From Macrostomum lignano (taxonomy: Eukaryota): a stretch of 64,000 bases of DNA. Position 1 is the first letter of the stretch, and every line of letters begins with the position of its first letter. The translations under genes were made by a program, and so were the position numbers. Shown piece after piece: positions 22,892 to 33,975 of this stretch. Location of the stretch: assembly GCA_002269645.1 (NCBI GenBank), contig NIVC01000070.1, positions 868,001 to 932,000 on the forward strand, in the 5' to 3' direction. The notes under the pieces were generated by a model. The model saw only the letters and a program-made list of their open reading frames with translations, made no database searches and was not told where the DNA came from.

Positions 22892-25498
22892 ATGTCCGAC
22901 CAGCATCAGCAGCAGCAGCCGTCGGAGTCCGGAGGAGCCGGTCACAAGCGGCCCCGACCAGACGATGACAGCGAAGAATTAGAAATAGCGGTGGACGCTG
23001 ACCCGGAGGCTGGGGAAGATGACGCCGCCGATGAGCTTCTCCGCATGGACGATCTGTTTGGCGAGCACGAGGCTCTGTACGGGTCCTCGTCTGAGACGGA
23101 GTGCACCTACAGCAGCGGCTACATGGCCAGACAGCCCGTGTACGCCTGTCAAACCTGCCAGACAGACGGCCCGGCCGCTATCTGCTACGGTTGCGCTAAG
23201 CGCTGTCACGAAGGTGTGCTGCTGGTTGATTATTTAATTACTGTTCTCAGCCGCTCTCGCTGGCATTTGGTTCTACAAGGCAGCTACGAGTATTGCGCGG
23301 CGCATCTGAAGTCTGCGTACGGCTGTTCAGTCCAAGGCTATTTTTGTTTATAGAGGCAGGGGGGTTGTGTGCACCCTGGCGCACTTTAAGCGACATAGGC
23401 ACACAACCGGCGAGAGGCATTACTGCCCATTCCGCCGACTCCCCTGAGCAGGCATACAAGCGCGCGGATACGTACGCAGGCACACACACAGGAGTGTACA
23501 GCGGCCCTAACTTTATATTATCGTTAGGCATGTACACTTCACTGCGCCTTGGGGGGTTGGCTCTCAAGGCCGTTAATTGCACAAGCAGAGCCAAGCCGAG
23601 ATTCCAATTCAGCCCCAAATTAATGTGACTGCACTTGGAATCGAGCCTGGGTCGCTGGCACACCAGAGCAGCTGCGCTACCGCTGGGCTACGGCCCCCCC
23701 CCCTGGGGTCCCCAGCTAATGCTGGCACCCATTTTACAGCTGGGGGAACTGAAGCTCAAGGAGCACAAAATGTTCCAGTGGGATCGGGAATCGAACCCCC
23801 GGCCTTCACGTTGTGAATCCGACGCTTTAACCACTGGGCTGCAACCCCCTACTTGGCTACGATCCCATGCCCGTTAAAACGTTACCGTCAAATCGCTAAA
23901 GAATCGCTAAAGATTCATTGCTAACATCTCACTAGTGACTATGGGCGACTCTTAGTAACCTCATGAGCAGGGGGGTTGTAGCTTAGTGATTAGAGCGTCG
24001 GACTTGCGGCTGAAAGGTCGGGGGTTCGAATCTCTACCCACTCTTGAAACAATTTGTGTCCTTAAGCAAGACACTTAACTCTGCACTGCTTCAGTTCACC
24101 CAGCTGTACAATGGGTGCCAGCATTGGCTGGGGTAATTGAGGATGTGTGTGGCGACCCTATTTATAATAACCTCAAGCTTCTGCTCTCACCCCTCCATTC
24201 GTCAAGGCCACGACCTGCTCGAGCTCTACTCGAAGCGTCAGCTGGCCTGCGACTGCGGCAACGCCAAGTTCGATGCGGTCCGCGACCCAACTAGCGGAGA
24301 GAAGTTCGTGTGCCAGTTGTGCGAGTTCAAAACCATCAACTACGATAATAAATATAATCAGAATTTTGCCGGTCTGTACTGCATCTGCTCCAGGCCCTAT
24401 CCGGATCCTGACGGCCAGCTCGCTAACGAGGAGATGCTGCAGTGTACTGTCTGCGAGGACTGGTACCACTCCTGTCATCTGACCGTGCCCGAGGCTGACT
24501 GCCTGCGTGTCGAGTCCTACGAAGAGCTGGTGTGTCAGCTGTGCTGCGCTAGGCTGCCTTACCTGCGGCACTATGCCCTGCCTGATACTGCAGCTGCATC
24601 GTCTGACATCCCGGCTGGATCTTCTGACACTAAGGCTGCATCGTCTGACATCCCGGCTGGATCTTCTGACACCCCGGCTGGAGCATCTGACACCCCGGCT
24701 GGAGCATCTGACACCAAGGCTGCATCATCTGACACCCCGGCTGGATCATCTGACACCCCGGCTGGAGCGTCTGACACCCTAGCTGGAACTTCTAACACTA
24801 AGGATGGATCGTCTGACACTAAGACTGGATTGTCTGACACCCCAGCTGGATCGTCTGAAACCCCAGCTGGATCGTCTGACACCACAGCTGGATCGTCTGA
24901 CACCACAGCTGGAACTTCTGACACTAAGGATGGATCGTCTTACACTAAGGATGGATCGTCTGACACTAAGGCTGGATCGTCTGACGCTTCGAGTAGCTCG
25001 CCAGCAACCAAGCAGCCTGGCGCTCAACGCCGCTGCACTCTGCCAGCCGCTGCCGACTCCTCGTCCGACGCCGCCGCCACCGCGCCCCGCGCCCTTCTGA
25101 TGCCTTCCGGTTGGCGCCGGCGCCTCTGCCGCTGCGCCGACTGTGAATCGGCTTACGCCCGCGACAATGTCGCCTTCCTGACCGATCCCGCCGACTCCCT
25201 GGCCGAGTTCGAGCTGGCCAACCGTCGGACAGCCGAGGAGCAGAGCCGGCCGGAGAACGTGCTGCGCAGTCTGGCCAGCGCCGGCGTGCCGCACGTCTCC
25301 GTCCAGCTGGTGGCCAGCGCCATCGGCGACTTCCGGCGGGGCCTGTCGCGCGCGATGGCCAGCGTGTTGGCCGACAAGAACTGCTCGGACGGACAGCCGG
25401 CCGTCATCACCAGGGATGACGCTGATCGAATCCTGGCTATGATGGCGCCGGTGCTGGCTAAACGAGCTCGGTTCCAGCCTCCCGACACCTGCCGCTGA
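22892..25498 (+). CDS. UBR7: UBR-box/PHD E3 ubiquitin ligase UBR7, about 537 aa
   Basis: Exons 22892-23213 and 24207-25498, phase-1 GT-AG intron. UBR box CTYSSGYMARQPVYACQTC..ICYGCAKRCHE|GHDLLELYSKRQLACDCGN; NKYNQNFAGLYCICSRPYPDPD; PHD QCTVCEDWYHSCHL..ELVCQLC; C-terminal WRRRLCRCADC and FLTDPADS. Confidence 0.95.
23283..23698 (-). mobile_element. tRNA-derived SINE, family A (head, body and 3' tail) in the UBR7 intron
   Basis: Minus strand starts GGGGCCGTAGCCCAGCGGTAGCG (A box) ... GGCTCGATTCC (B box); body aligns over about 300 nt with the + strand copy at 28335-28658; tail matches 35995-36090. Confidence 0.8.
23700..23850 (-). mobile_element. tRNA-derived CORE-like SINE, family B
   Basis: Minus strand GGGGGTTGCAGCCCAGTGGTTAAAGCGTCGG..GGTTCGATTCCC followed by CTTCAGTTCCCCCAGCTGTAAAATGGGTGCCAGC; central part partly deleted relative to the copy at 23971. 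Confidence 0.8.
23971..24160 (+). mobile_element. tRNA-derived CORE-like SINE, family B
   Basis: A box TAGCTTAGTGATTAG, B box GGTTCGAATC, then GTGTCCTTAAGCAAGACACTTAAC..CAGCTGTACAATGGG, which resembles the CORE-SINE domain. Confidence 0.82.
24598..24985 (+). repeat. 21-bp coding tandem repeat in UBR7 (SSDTPAG-like heptads)
   Basis: 18 heptads in frame inside exon 2. Confidence 0.93.
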
Positions 25499-25609
25499 CT
25501 CGCGCTCTTCTATTTGGCGTCTGAACTCGCATGGCAACTAATCAGACTAACAAATGCTGCATCTTTTAGCATTGCTGACGCCTCTGCAAGTAGTTTAGAT
25601 CTACTTCAT

Positions 25610-25790
25610 GTTTGACAGTGTCTGACAGCATGTTTGACAGTGTCTGACAGCATGTTTGACAGTATCTGACAGCATGTTTGGCAGTGTCTGACAGCATGTT
25701 TGACAGTGTCTGACAGCATGTTTGACAGTATCTGACAGCATGTTTGACAGTGTCTGACAGCATGTTTGACAGTGTCTGACAGCAGGTTTG
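25610..25790. repeat. 22-bp tandem repeat (TGTTTGACAGTGTCTGACAGCA)n after the UBR7 stop
   Basis: About eight units. Confidence 0.93.
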
Positions 25791-26446
25791 ATTGTGACTG
25801 TCCGACAGCCAACTGTTACGATGGAAGCATCTTTGGTACGCAGTGAGAGGTCAGTGAAGCAAGTCTTCGCCTATTGGAACGGTTTTTGTTTCATTTTTCA
25901 CTTTTTTTTCAATTCTGAGACCGAAAATCAGTCTTACCTGCGTTTATGTAATCAACTACATAATTATTCAAGCACTTTTTTATATGTAACTTATTATTTT
26001 ATATCCTAAAAAGCTTACTATTTGTCATGGCACCGTGTTTTTCGTTATTAATTACCACCGTTCGTAATGTCATAGTAGTAGTGCTGTGGTGTATCATTTT
26101 TCAATACAATATCGGCCATCACCCACCGTATGATAAATACCAAATTAACTTTTTTAAATCTCATTTTCAATGTCGTTTAGCAGCCTTTCACGTACGAACT
26201 GTGGAAAAAATATATAAAAATATATTGCATTCAAGCACACTTATTTTTGTGTTTATTATAGCAGTCAAAAAGCACCCAGTTGATTTTTTGTTATTTGTTG
26301 GTAAAATTCGGATTCAAACAGCTTTAATAACTGCTTAAACTGATGGGTTGCCGTTGGCGCCTCAGCAGCACACCCTGGGCACACGCTCACACGGGGTGTA
26401 CAGCACGACTCTCATCGTATTGGTATTCGATAATTGTTAATCGCTC

Positions 26447-27235
26447 TCAGTTGCTGGGCCAGCCTCCCTGATCATCAGTTGCTGGGCCAGCCTCCCAGAT
26501 CCTCAGTTGCTGGGCCAGCCTCCCTGATCCTCAGTTGCTGGACCAGCCTCCCAGATCCTCAGTTGCTGGGCCAGCCTCCCTGATCCTCAGTTGCTGGGCC
26601 AGCCTCCCAGATTCTCAGTTGCTGGGCCAGCCTCCCAGAGTGTCAGTTGCTGGGCCAGCTTCCCAGATCCTCAGTTGCTGGGCCAGCCTCTCAGATCCTC
26701 AGTTGCTGGGCCAGCCTCTCAGATCCTCAGTTGCTGGGCCAGCCTCTCAGATCCTCAGTTGCTGGGCCAGCCTTCCAGATCCTCAGTTGCTGGGCCAGCC
26801 TCCCTGATCCTCAGTTGCTGGGCCAGCTTCCCAGATTCCCAGTTGCTGGGCCAGCCTCCCAGATCCTCAGTTGCTGGTCCAGCCTCCCAGAGTGTCAGTT
26901 GCTGGGCCAGCCTCCTAAATCCTCAGTTGCTGGGATACCGCCCTCCCAGATCCTCAGTTGCTGGGCCAGCCTCCCTGATCCTCAGTTGCTGGGCCAGCTT
27001 CCCAGATTCCCAGTTGCTGGGCCAGCCTCCCAGATCCTCAGTTGCTGGTCCAGCCTCCCAGAGTGTCAGTTGCTGGGCCAGCCTCCTAGATCCTCAGTTG
27101 CTGGGATACCGCCCTCCCAGATCCTCAGTTGCTGGGCCAGCTTCCCAGATCCCCAGTTGCTGGGATACCGCCCTCCCAGATTCTCATTTGCTAGGTCAGC
27201 CTCTTAGATCCTCAGTTTCTGGACCACCATCCTAG
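26447..27235. repeat. 28/31-bp minisatellite (CAGTTGCTGGGCCAGCCTCCCAGATCCT)n, array 2
   Basis: About 27 units; same family and orientation as 19335-19700. Confidence 0.96.
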
Positions 27236-27545
27236 ATCCATCCTGGAATACAGGTACGAGTACCTCACGCTTGTCGCAGTTAAGGTCAAACAACAAAATT
27301 GGTTCTTGCTTCAAATATGCTCAGTCTGATTTGTTTGTCGCTCATTACGACCAGCAAGAATACCCGCAAAATGCACACCGAACCAAAGCAAAGACAAAAG
27401 GCCAATTGATGCGGTTTGTTTGAAATTCAGCAGCGCCTGGCTCAGCTGCCACCTTAATAATCGCGATTGTCTTCAAATTGAGTTTTCTATATTTTAATTC
27501 ACAAGAGAAACATAATCTTTTAAGGTGCAATGCAGAGAAACCTCC

Positions 27546-29681
27546 CTAGCACCTGTACATGGCCTTCAGGATGGCCACGTCTCCGGCAGCCATGCGGCTT
27601 CGCTGCCCAATGACGACACCGTCGGGCACGGCGCCCGGCTTCGGCACGATGGTGCGCTGGCCGTTCTTGCTGAAGGCGGTCAGGCCGTAGTGCATCTGGC
27701 TGCCGAAGTCGTAGCGCACGTTGTAGGTGCCGACCTGGGAGCTGCTCTTCTTGTTGAAGTTGTGCTCGTAGCCTGGAAGGGCAGCGGATCGAAACAGGTG
27801 CGTATTAAGCCCTTTTTCAATTGTCCTTCCGCAGAGCAAAGCTGACACTGACAGCATCTATTTACAGGTCCTCCAGCAAGGCTTACCGGAGCGGACGTTC
27901 TCCAGGGCGATGCTCACGTAGCTGTCACGGTCGGGCCGGCTTTGCTGGTGGTAAACACCTGTTTGATGCAAATTTGAGTACATGTACTGTTGTTATTATG
28001 AATAAACCTGCACTAATCTTGCGCTAGTAGTCGACAATTACCGAGGCTGTGCTGGAACTCGTGCATGATGTTGCCAACGGAGCAGCGGGTGGACAGGTTC
28101 ACGTAGGTGGTGCGGCCCCAGTAGCCCACGGTGGCTGAGCAGCTGCGTTGTTGTGGAGATAATTATAATAAACTGACTTTTAGTATCAAGGAGGATATTT
28201 AACATCCTGGGTAAACTGAATACATAATATAGAACAGCCTACTCTGAAATAGCATTTACTTGATGCGATTATGGTGGTGATTATGGCAGTTGAGATAAGC
28301 TTGTAGAATATTATAATTACTTCACTTGTAGAGAGGGGCGTAGCCTAGTGGTTTAGCACCTTGCTCTGATGTGCCAGCAGCCCATGCTTAAATTCCACTG
28401 CAGTCACATTACATGTAATTTGGGGCTAAATTGGAGTCCTGGCATGGGTCTGATTGTGCAATTAACGCCGCCCTTGAGGGCCAACACCCAAGGCACAGTG
28501 AAGTGTACATTCCTAACGACGTTAAATTAAAGTTACGGCCGGTGTACACTCCTGTGTGAGCGTGTGCCTGTGCGTATGACTACGTACGTATCCACGCGCT
28601 TGTGTGATTGCTCAGGGGAGTCGGCGGAATGGGCAGTAATGCCTCTCGCCGGTTTTGTGACAATGGAGTGCAATATCCTGCCAAATCTAAATTACAAAGG
28701 GAATTGGTCAAATTCTCCTCGAGTATCATACAGAAAAAGGTGACTCACCCGCTGCCGGGACGGATCAAAACGTAGCGACTGCCATCGCTGGAGCTGGCCT
28801 GACGGAACTTGATGCAGTTTCCAGTCTCCCTGTTCACGTTGGTCATGGCGGTCCTCACCTTGTCTCTGGTGGAGGAGGCTGCGAAAAGGAATTTTCAGAA
28901 AAGATACGATTACGTAGTTTTCCAGTTATTTTGCTGTTTTTGTCTCGGATATTCTTTCTAGTTCCTTCTATAGCCTTCTATCTGGATTCTAAAACCGGCC
29001 AAATTTATCGCAACCGCACTCACGCAGGCTGGAGTCCAGTCTGTAGACGATGACACCTCCCGGCCACCTGTTAGCCGTGTTCAACAGTCCAGAGAATGCC
29101 TGCAGGACAAGAAACCAGTTCCCATAGATACTAGCTGATTAACTTATGCTCGAGTCAGGTGAGATGCCTGTTCACATCAGGTGAAAGAGAATTGCTCACC
29201 CCCTTGAAAGGCTCGATCATGTCGCCTTCAATCTCGTTGCCATACTCGGGCGCGGCGGGGTCTTCAACGAATGGCTGGAATTGGTGCCAGAGAGCCTTTT
29301 CATTTGATCTGCCAATTCTCTGCTACTGCGGATTAACCTACCTTTTCTACCCTGCTCGGTCTCACAAGTCCTCCGAGACTCTTGGTTCACTTTCTAATAT
29401 ACTTAACACGTAGCTCCACGGCCTATACTCTACCTCTACAAGTCTACTCTGCCACTACAGCCTACTCTGCCGCCAAAGTCTACTCTGCCTTTATGGCCTA
29501 ATTTACCCCCCCCCCAGCCTTTCTACCTCCAAAACCTATAGTCCCTACCCTGCATTTAACACTTTCTATCTTCGCTACCACACAGTCGTGCCCCTAGTAT
29601 CAAGCTTAGTTGATACGATCGATGTCTTACAGCGGCAATGGCGACTCCGACAAGAGCGCAGATCGATAGCAGGCGAAACAT
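27546..29681 (-). CDS. Astacin-family zinc metalloprotease, copy 1, about 243 aa
   Basis: Exons 29681-29631 (signal peptide), 29274-29200 (prodomain EGDM), 29099-29024 (RWPGG), 28878-28749 (CIKF), 28142-28042 (CSATVG..HEFQHSLG), 27958-27887 (VYHQQSRPDRD), 27772-27546 (YDFGSQMHY Met-turn, ending AMYRC). Phases compatible, total 732 nt. Confidence 0.93.
28335..28658 (+). mobile_element. tRNA-derived SINE, family A (3' tail missing), in astacin-1 intron 4
   Basis: GGGGCGTAGCCTAGTGGTTTAGC head; body matches the reverse complement of 23400-23698. Confidence 0.8.
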
Positions 29682-30713
29682 TTCTATTTTAGCTTTCGGA
29701 CAGAGTGAGACGAGTTGCAGTTGGACTATGATTGAATCTATAAACCACAAAGCTACATGTACGAACTAAACTCTGTTATATAATAATTTGTCAACCAGTA
29801 GATTCCCCGCCTATCGCCCGGCTGCTGCGGTCTCACGGTTAAGAAAACCCGTCATTCCGTCAGTAAACCCGCGACCAATATTTCATTTTCCCACCCAACA
29901 TGCCTGACAACTGGGTGCGTATAGATTCCTAAATTGAACTGTATGGCAAAGAGGTATCTTATCCGCAGTTAAAGTTACAGCCTTGAGGGGGGGGGCAGTG
30001 CTGGAACCGCAAAGACATGCCTTGTTGGGACAGCCAAGCAACTCGGTCAGTTCCTATCTGCACAGCAGTTGGTGAATTTGTTTGGCCAGCAGATTTATCG
30101 CAGCAATATTCGGCTTTTTTCCTGCTGAATCCTCACGAATCCCTGCATTTGCTCGGCTGCTCGTTCGTGCGCAATCGTCAGCATTTACGACTATGCAACG
30201 AGTCGGACTGTTGGGCAAAACGTTTCTTTAACCTTTATCGTGATATGGCTACATTTAACTTCAGAACAGGAGTCGGTAAACATTTTTTACCTCAAGGGCC
30301 AGATGGAGAACCTGTAGAGCATGACTGCAGGCCAAAGAAGAGAGAATAGAGAAGAGACAAAGAGAGATGGAGAAAGGAGAGGCAAAGGAATGAATGAGAA
30401 GAGACGTGAAGAGAGGAGAGAAGAGGAGAGAGGAGAGCATGTTGAAGAGGCACAAACCTTGAGCGGGCCGGATTGCTATTGTGAAGTCTCACAGGACCAT
30501 GTAGGGAGACTTTGCGAGCCGGAGTTTTCCGAACCGTGCTTCAGAAAAAGTTAGCAGGTTTGAATCAAAATATTGAAACAATGCAGGATTTTCTATTGAT
30601 CGAAAGTTTCACGATTTATACCGATCGAAACACGTCTGCGTTTATATTTGCTTTCGAAAAATGGCAATATTTTGATACTATTGTTTTTGGTATTCTGCTG
30701 TACGCTGCGCTGT

Positions 30714-33700
30714 CTAGCACCTGTACATGGCCTTCAGGATGGCCACATCTCCGGCACCCATACGGCTTCGCTGCCCAATGACGACACCGTCGGGCACGGC
30801 GCCCGGTTTCGGCACGATGGTGCGCTGGCCGTTCTTGCTGAAGGCGGTCAGGCCGTAGTGCATCTGGCTGCCGAAGTCGTAGCGCACGTTGTAGGTGCCG
30901 ACCTGGGAGCTGGACTGCTTGTTGAAGTTGTGCTCGTAGCCTGGAAGGATTTCGGAACAAATAGGGCATATTTGTGATATTTCTATGGAAAGCTGACTAT
31001 ACACCTCTCAGTACATGCATCTGTGGGATGGATTCTTCCACTCTGGATGAATCAAGTTAAAGGAAGTCTTCCACTCTGGATGAATCAAGTTAAAGGAAGT
31101 CTTCCACTCTGGATGCATCAAGTTGGAGAAAGTCTTCCACTCTGGATGCATCAAGTTAGAGGAAGTCTTCCACTCTGGATGCATCAAGTTGAAGGAAGTC
31201 TTCCACTCTGGATGCATCACGTTAGAGGGAGTCTTCCACTCTGGATGCATCAAGTTAGAGGAAGTCTTCCACTCTGGATGCATCAAGTTAGAGTAAGTCT
31301 TCCACAAGGACCACTGTAGTAGACACTCTACTACAGTGGTCCTTGTTCTTCCATTCTTGGATGCATCAAGTGGGAGGAAGTCTTCCAGTCTGGGGTGCAT
31401 CAAGTGGGAGGAAGTCTTCCAGTCTGGGGTGTATCAAGTGGGAGGAAGTCTTCCACTCTGGGATGCATCAACGGAAAGAAAGTCTTCCACTCTGGATACA
31501 TCAAGTTGGAGAAAGTCTTCCACTCTGGGATGCATCAAGTTAGAGGAAGTCTTCCACTCTGGATGCATCAAGTTAGAGGAAGTCTTCCACTCTGGATGCA
31601 TCAAGTTAGAGGAAGTCTTCCACTCTGGATGCATCAAGTTGGAGGAAGTCTTCCACTCTGGATGCATCAAGTTGGAGAAAGTCTTCCACTCTGGATGCAT
31701 CAAGTTGGAGAAAGTCTTCCACTCTGGATGCATCAAGTTGGAGAAAGTCTTCCACTCTGGATGCATCAAGTTGGAGAAAGTCTTCCACTCTGGATGCATC
31801 AAGTTGGAGAAAGTCTTCCACTCTGGATGCATCAAGTTAGAGGAAGTCTTCCACTCTGGATGCATCAAGTTGGAGAAAGTCTTCCACTCTGGATGCATCA
31901 AGTTGGAGAAAGTCTTCCACTCTGGATGCATCAAGTTGGAGAAAGTCTTCCACTCTGGATGCATCAAGTTGGAGGAAGTCTTCCACTCTGGATGCATCAA
32001 GTTGGAGAAAGTCTTCCACTCTGGATGCATCAAGTTGGAGAAAGTCTTCCACTTTGGATACATCAAGTTGGAGAAAGTCTTCCACTCTGGATGCATTAAC
32101 GGAAGGAAAGTCTTCCGCTATCGGATGCATCAAGTGGTATAAAATATCCCCTTCCTACAAAGTCAGGAAAAACATTTACATCATCTTTTCTATACTACCG
32201 ACTCCCAGTAGCATATTTGTGTATTACCTGTTTATTTTCGTCGTGTTTTGTATTTTATTGCATGTTGATCCCATCCAAACTTACCGGAAATCACATTCTC
32301 CAGCGCGATTGTCACGTAGTTATCGCGGTCAGGCCGGCTCTGCTGGTGGTACACGCCTGTTCAATGAGATTTCCGGTTTTGCTTTACATTTTAGAAAAAT
32401 CAGCTACTTTTAGGACAGATTGGAGTCAAAAAGCAGCATTCAAAAGCTATGCTGAGTAGACATAAGGCGTGATGTTTTCTAACTACATGTATATAATCCA
32501 GAAGCTTAATAATATTGATATGAGCAATCTTACCAAGGGTGTGCTGGAACTCGTGCATGATGTTGCCAACGGAGCAGCTGGTGGAAAGGTTCACGTAGGT
32601 GATGCGACCCCAGTAGCCCACGGTGGCTGAGCAGCTGCGTTGACAACGTACCAAGAAGTAATATCTTTGAGTATAGACTCAAACGGTTAATTTTTAAGTA
32701 TGAATAAAAAGTTTCTGATTAAAAAGGATGACGGCTTTGGAAAATTTTGGGCATGTGCGAAAATTTTTCAGACTCACCCGCTACCGGGACGGATCAGAAC
32801 GTAGCGACTGCCATCGTTCGAGGTGGCCTCGCGAAACTTGATGCAGTTTCCAGTCTCCCTGTTCACGTTGGTCATAGCGGTCCTCACCTTGTCTCTGGTG
32901 GTGGAGGCTGCAGGAGGTTTGTTAGTTTTATCAGGCGACGTTGTGGGTGTCTTGATTTGGGTGTCCCTGTATTGAATTGGGTGTCCCTGTCTTGAATTGG
33001 GTGTCCCTGTCTTGAATTGGGTGTCCCTGTCTTGAATTGGGTGTCCCTGTCGTGAAGTGTGAGTTGATGTCATATTCTAAATCTGAGTAGTAAAACCTTA
33101 AACCGCTACTCAGTGAACCCATTTAAGTAGTATAGCAAGAGCAATTAAAAGTAGATAAAGTTTATCGCAACCGCACTCACGCAGGCTGGAGTCCAGTCTG
33201 TAGACGATGACACCTCCCGGCCACCTGTTAGCCGTGTTCAACAGTCCAGAGAATGCCTGCAGGACAAGAAACCAGTTCCCATAGATACTAGCTGATTAAC
33301 TTATGATCCAGTCAGGTGAGATGCCTGTTCACATCAGGTGAAAGAGAATTGCTCACCCCCTTGAAAGGCTCGATCATGTCGCCTTCAATCTCGTTGCCAT
33401 ACTCGGGCGCGGCGGGGTCAATGAACGGCTGAAATGATTGTGAAATCCGGTTTAGGGCGTGACTGAAGTCGTAGGATTTACAGTGCCGCGTCCACCTGAG
33501 AGCTGCGAGCGATCCTGTTGCTGCAGAGTACAACCTCCACTCTGCCTCCCCAGCCTACTCTGCCTCCCCAGCCTACTCTGCCTCCCCAGCCTAATCTGCC
33601 TCCCCAGCCTACTCTGCCTCCCCAGCCTACTCTGCCTCCCCAGCCTACTCTGCCTCCCCAGCCTAATCTGCCTCCCCAGCCTAATCTGCCTCCCCAGCCT

Positions 33701-33975
33701 ACTCTGCCTCCCCAGCCTAATCTGCCTCCCCAGCCTACTCTGCCTCCCCAGCCTACTCTGCCTCCCCAGCCTACTCTACCTCTACAGCCTACTCTACCTC
33801 TACAGCCTACTCTACCTCTACAGCCTACTCTACCTCCACAGCCTACTCTACCTCTACAGCCTACTCTACCTCCACAGCCTACTCTACCTCCACAGCCTAC
33901 TCTACCCCCTCGTGGACGACTCACGGCGGCAATGGCGGCTCCGACAACCACGCAGATCGACAGCAGGCGAAGCAT
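30714..33975 (-). CDS. Astacin-family zinc metalloprotease, copy 2, about 242 aa
   Basis: Exons 33975-33925, 33428-33357, 33256-33181, 32907-32778, 32634-32534 (HEFQHTLG), 32356-32285 (VYHQQSRPDRD), 30940-30714 (SQMHY). Same exon-intron structure as copy 1. Confidence 0.93.
31025..32125. repeat. 33-bp minisatellite (CTTCCACTCTGGATGCATCAAGTTGGAGAAAGT)n in astacin-2 intron 6
   Basis: About 30 units with an interruption near 31310-31360. Confidence 0.96.
32955..33050. repeat. 20-bp tandem repeat (GAATTGGGTGTCCCTGTCTT) in astacin-2 intron 3
   Basis: Four to five units. Confidence 0.9.
33530..33905. repeat. 18-bp minisatellite (CAGCCTACTCTGCCTCCC)n in astacin-2 intron 1
   Basis: About 20 units. 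Confidence 0.95.

Noticed and set aside
24173-25537. Antisense ORFs over UBR7 and other GC-rich exons
   Set aside because: Shadow frames of GC-rich or repetitive coding sequence with no independent motifs.
23640-28400. tRNA genes at 23640-23698, 23790-23850, 23971-24040 and 28335-28400
   Set aside because: A and B boxes are present but the acceptor stems do not pair, and each continues into a shared SINE body.
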